NCBI RefSeq assembly: GCF_009914755.1
Contig: NC_060927.1
Strand: one strand, 5' to 3'
Length of the DNA: 64,000 nucleotides
Source of the DNA: the human T2T-CHM13v2.0 reference genome, Homo sapiens
A program made the position numbers and the translations under genes. The stretch's first letter is position 1. The number at the start of each line of letters is the position of its first letter. Under the pieces are notes generated by a model that worked only from the letters and a program-made list of their open reading frames with translations, had not been told where the DNA came from and made no database searches. This document shows positions 62,501-64,000 of the stretch, in pieces.

Positions 62501-64000
62501 AGGCTTCAAAGCACTCAAAGTATTCACTTGGAACTTTTACAAAAAGAGTGTTAGAAAACTGCTCTTTCCAAAGTAAGGTTCAACTCTGTGAGTTGAATGC
62601 ACACATAACAAACAAGAAGTTTCTGAGAATCCTTCTGTCCTGGTTTATATGAAAAAATCCCGTTTCCAACGAAGGCCTCAAAGACGTTTAAATATCCACT
62701 TGCAGACTTCACAAACAGAGTGTTTCCAAACTGCTCTATGAAAAGAAAGGTTAAACTCTGTGAGTTGAACGCACACATCACAAAGTAGTTTCTGAGAATG
62801 ATACTGTCTAGTTTTTATACGGAGATATTTCCTTTCCTTCCATTGGCGTCAAAGCGCTAGAATTCTCCACTTGCAAATTCCACAAAAAGAGTGTTTCCAA
62901 TCTGCTCTGTCTAAAGGAAGGTTCAACTCTGTGAGTTGAATACACACACACAAAGAAGCTACTGAGAATTCTTTTGTCAAGAATTATAAGAAGAAATCCC
63001 GTTTCCAACGAAGGCCTCAAAGAGTTCCAAATATCCACTTGCACACTGTACAAACTAAGTCTTTCCAAACTGCTCTATGCAAAGAAATGTTCAACTCTGT
63101 GAGTTTAATGCACACATCACAAAGCAGTTTCTGAGAATGATTCCGTCTAGTTTTTATACGAAGATAGCCTTTTCTACCATTGGCCTCAAGGCTCTTGAAA
63201 TCTCCACCTGAAAATTCCGCAAAAAGCGTGTTTCCAATCCGCTCTGTCTAAAGGAAGGTTCAACTCTCTGAGTTGAATACATACATCCCAAAAGAAGTTA
63301 CTGCGAATTCTTCTGTCTAGCATTATGTGAAGAAATCCCGTTTCCAACGAAAGCCTCCAAGAGGTCCAAATATCCAGTTGCAGAATTTACAAACTGACTG
63401 TTTCCAAACTCATCTATGAAAAGAAAGGTTAAACTCTGTGAGTTGAATGCACATATCACAAAGTAGTTCCTGAGAATGATTCTGTCTAGTTTTTATATGA
63501 AGATATTTCCTTTTCCACCAATGGCCTCAAAGTGCTTGAAATCTCCCCTTGCAAATTCCACAGAAAAGTGTTTCAAATCTGCACTGTCTAAAGGAAGGTT
63601 CAACCCTGTGAGTTGAATACACACACACAGAAAAAAATTCACTGAGAATTCTATTGTCTATCATTACACGAAGAAATCCCGTTTACTACGAAGGCCTCAA
63701 AGAGGTCCAAATATCCAGCTGCAGACATTACAAACTGAGTGTTTCCAAAGTGCTCTATGAAAAGAAGTGTTAAACACTGTGAGTTCAATGCACACATCCC
63801 AAAGCAGTTTCTGAGAATGATTCCGTCTATTTTTTCTACGAAGATATTTCCTTTTCTACCGTTGGCCTCAAAGCGCCTGAAATCTCCACTTGCAAATTCC
63901 ACGAAAAGAGAGTTTCAAATGTGCTCTGTCTAAAGGAAGGTTCCACTCTGTGAGTTGAATACACACCACAAAAAGAAGTTACTGAGAATTCTTCTGTCTA
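11561..64000 (-). repeat. HOR copies U5-U23, highly homogeneous majority haplotype
   Basis: Only a few substitutions per 2,890-bp copy. All share cacgaaaaga (first at 11884), and all complete copies share actgcgaatt. One 1-bp deletion at ~45713. Confidence 0.92.

Larger units (their letters stand above)
1..64000 (-). repeat. D3Z1: Centromeric alpha-satellite HOR array, 17-mer / 2,890-bp unit, ~22.1 copies; most likely human chr3 D3Z1 (S01/1C3H1L)
   Basis: Seen: alphoid motifs (aactctgtgagttgaa, gtttctgagaatg, tcccgtttccaacgaag) recur every ~170 bp, and the ORF track repeats exactly every 2,890 bp. Unit starts: 1, 2891, 5781, 8671, 11561, 14451, 17341, 20231, 23121, 26011, 28901, 31791, 34681, 37571, 40461, 43351, 46240, 49130, 52020, 54910, 57800, 60690, 63580. 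Knowledge: a dimer-based 17-mer of ~2.9 kb is the chr3 active HOR. Alpha-satellite identity is essentially certain; the chromosome assignment is inferred. Confidence 0.93.

Noticed and set aside
72-63933. Short ORFs (63-108 aa) on both strands in the ORF track
   Set aside because: They recur every 2,890 bp because the DNA does. They resemble each other through monomer homology, show no recognisable domain, and appear or vanish with single substitutions. These are typical alpha-satellite translation artefacts.
1-64000. CRISPR-like appearance of regularly spaced conserved motifs
   Set aside because: The intervening sequences are homologous ~170-bp monomers, not unique spacers. There are no cas genes or leader, and CENP-B boxes identify primate alphoid DNA.
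1-64000. Possible hidden insertion (L1/Alu/HSat), inversion or deleted-monomer HOR variant
   Set aside because: The period is exactly 2,890 bp throughout except for one 1-bp deletion, and all boxes stay on the same strand, so there is no room for inserted or inverted sequence.
1-64000. Claim that this window is the kinetochore site or is transcribed into cenRNA
   Set aside because: CENP-A occupancy, the hypomethylated dip region and transcription are epigenetic and cannot be read from sequence alone.

Overview
The whole 64 kb window is one uninterrupted, single-orientation primate alpha-satellite array of ~170-bp monomers, with the conventional consensus and CENP-B boxes on the minus strand. 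It is organised as a 2,890-bp, 17-monomer higher-order repeat (HOR): 22 complete copies plus a 421-bp partial copy. The alternating A/B dimer structure, broken once per unit, and the 17-mer/2.9-kb period best fit the human chromosome 3 centromeric array D3Z1 (S01/1C3H1L). That assignment is from recall, not a search. I see no genes, transposons, inversions or deleted-monomer HOR variants, and all ORFs in the track are artefacts of the repeat. I did not find a new gene system. The informative signal is in the single-base variants: (i) the first HOR is ~2% diverged and keeps many ancestral alleles, marking a boundary between HOR haplotypes; (ii) shared variants show nested duplications or conversions offset by 1, 2, 3 and 4 HORs; (iii) several amplified variants knock out CENP-B boxes; (iv) there is only one indel in 64 kb. 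Variant counts were made by eye and are approximate. HOR numbering (U1-U23) uses an arbitrary phase starting at base 1.
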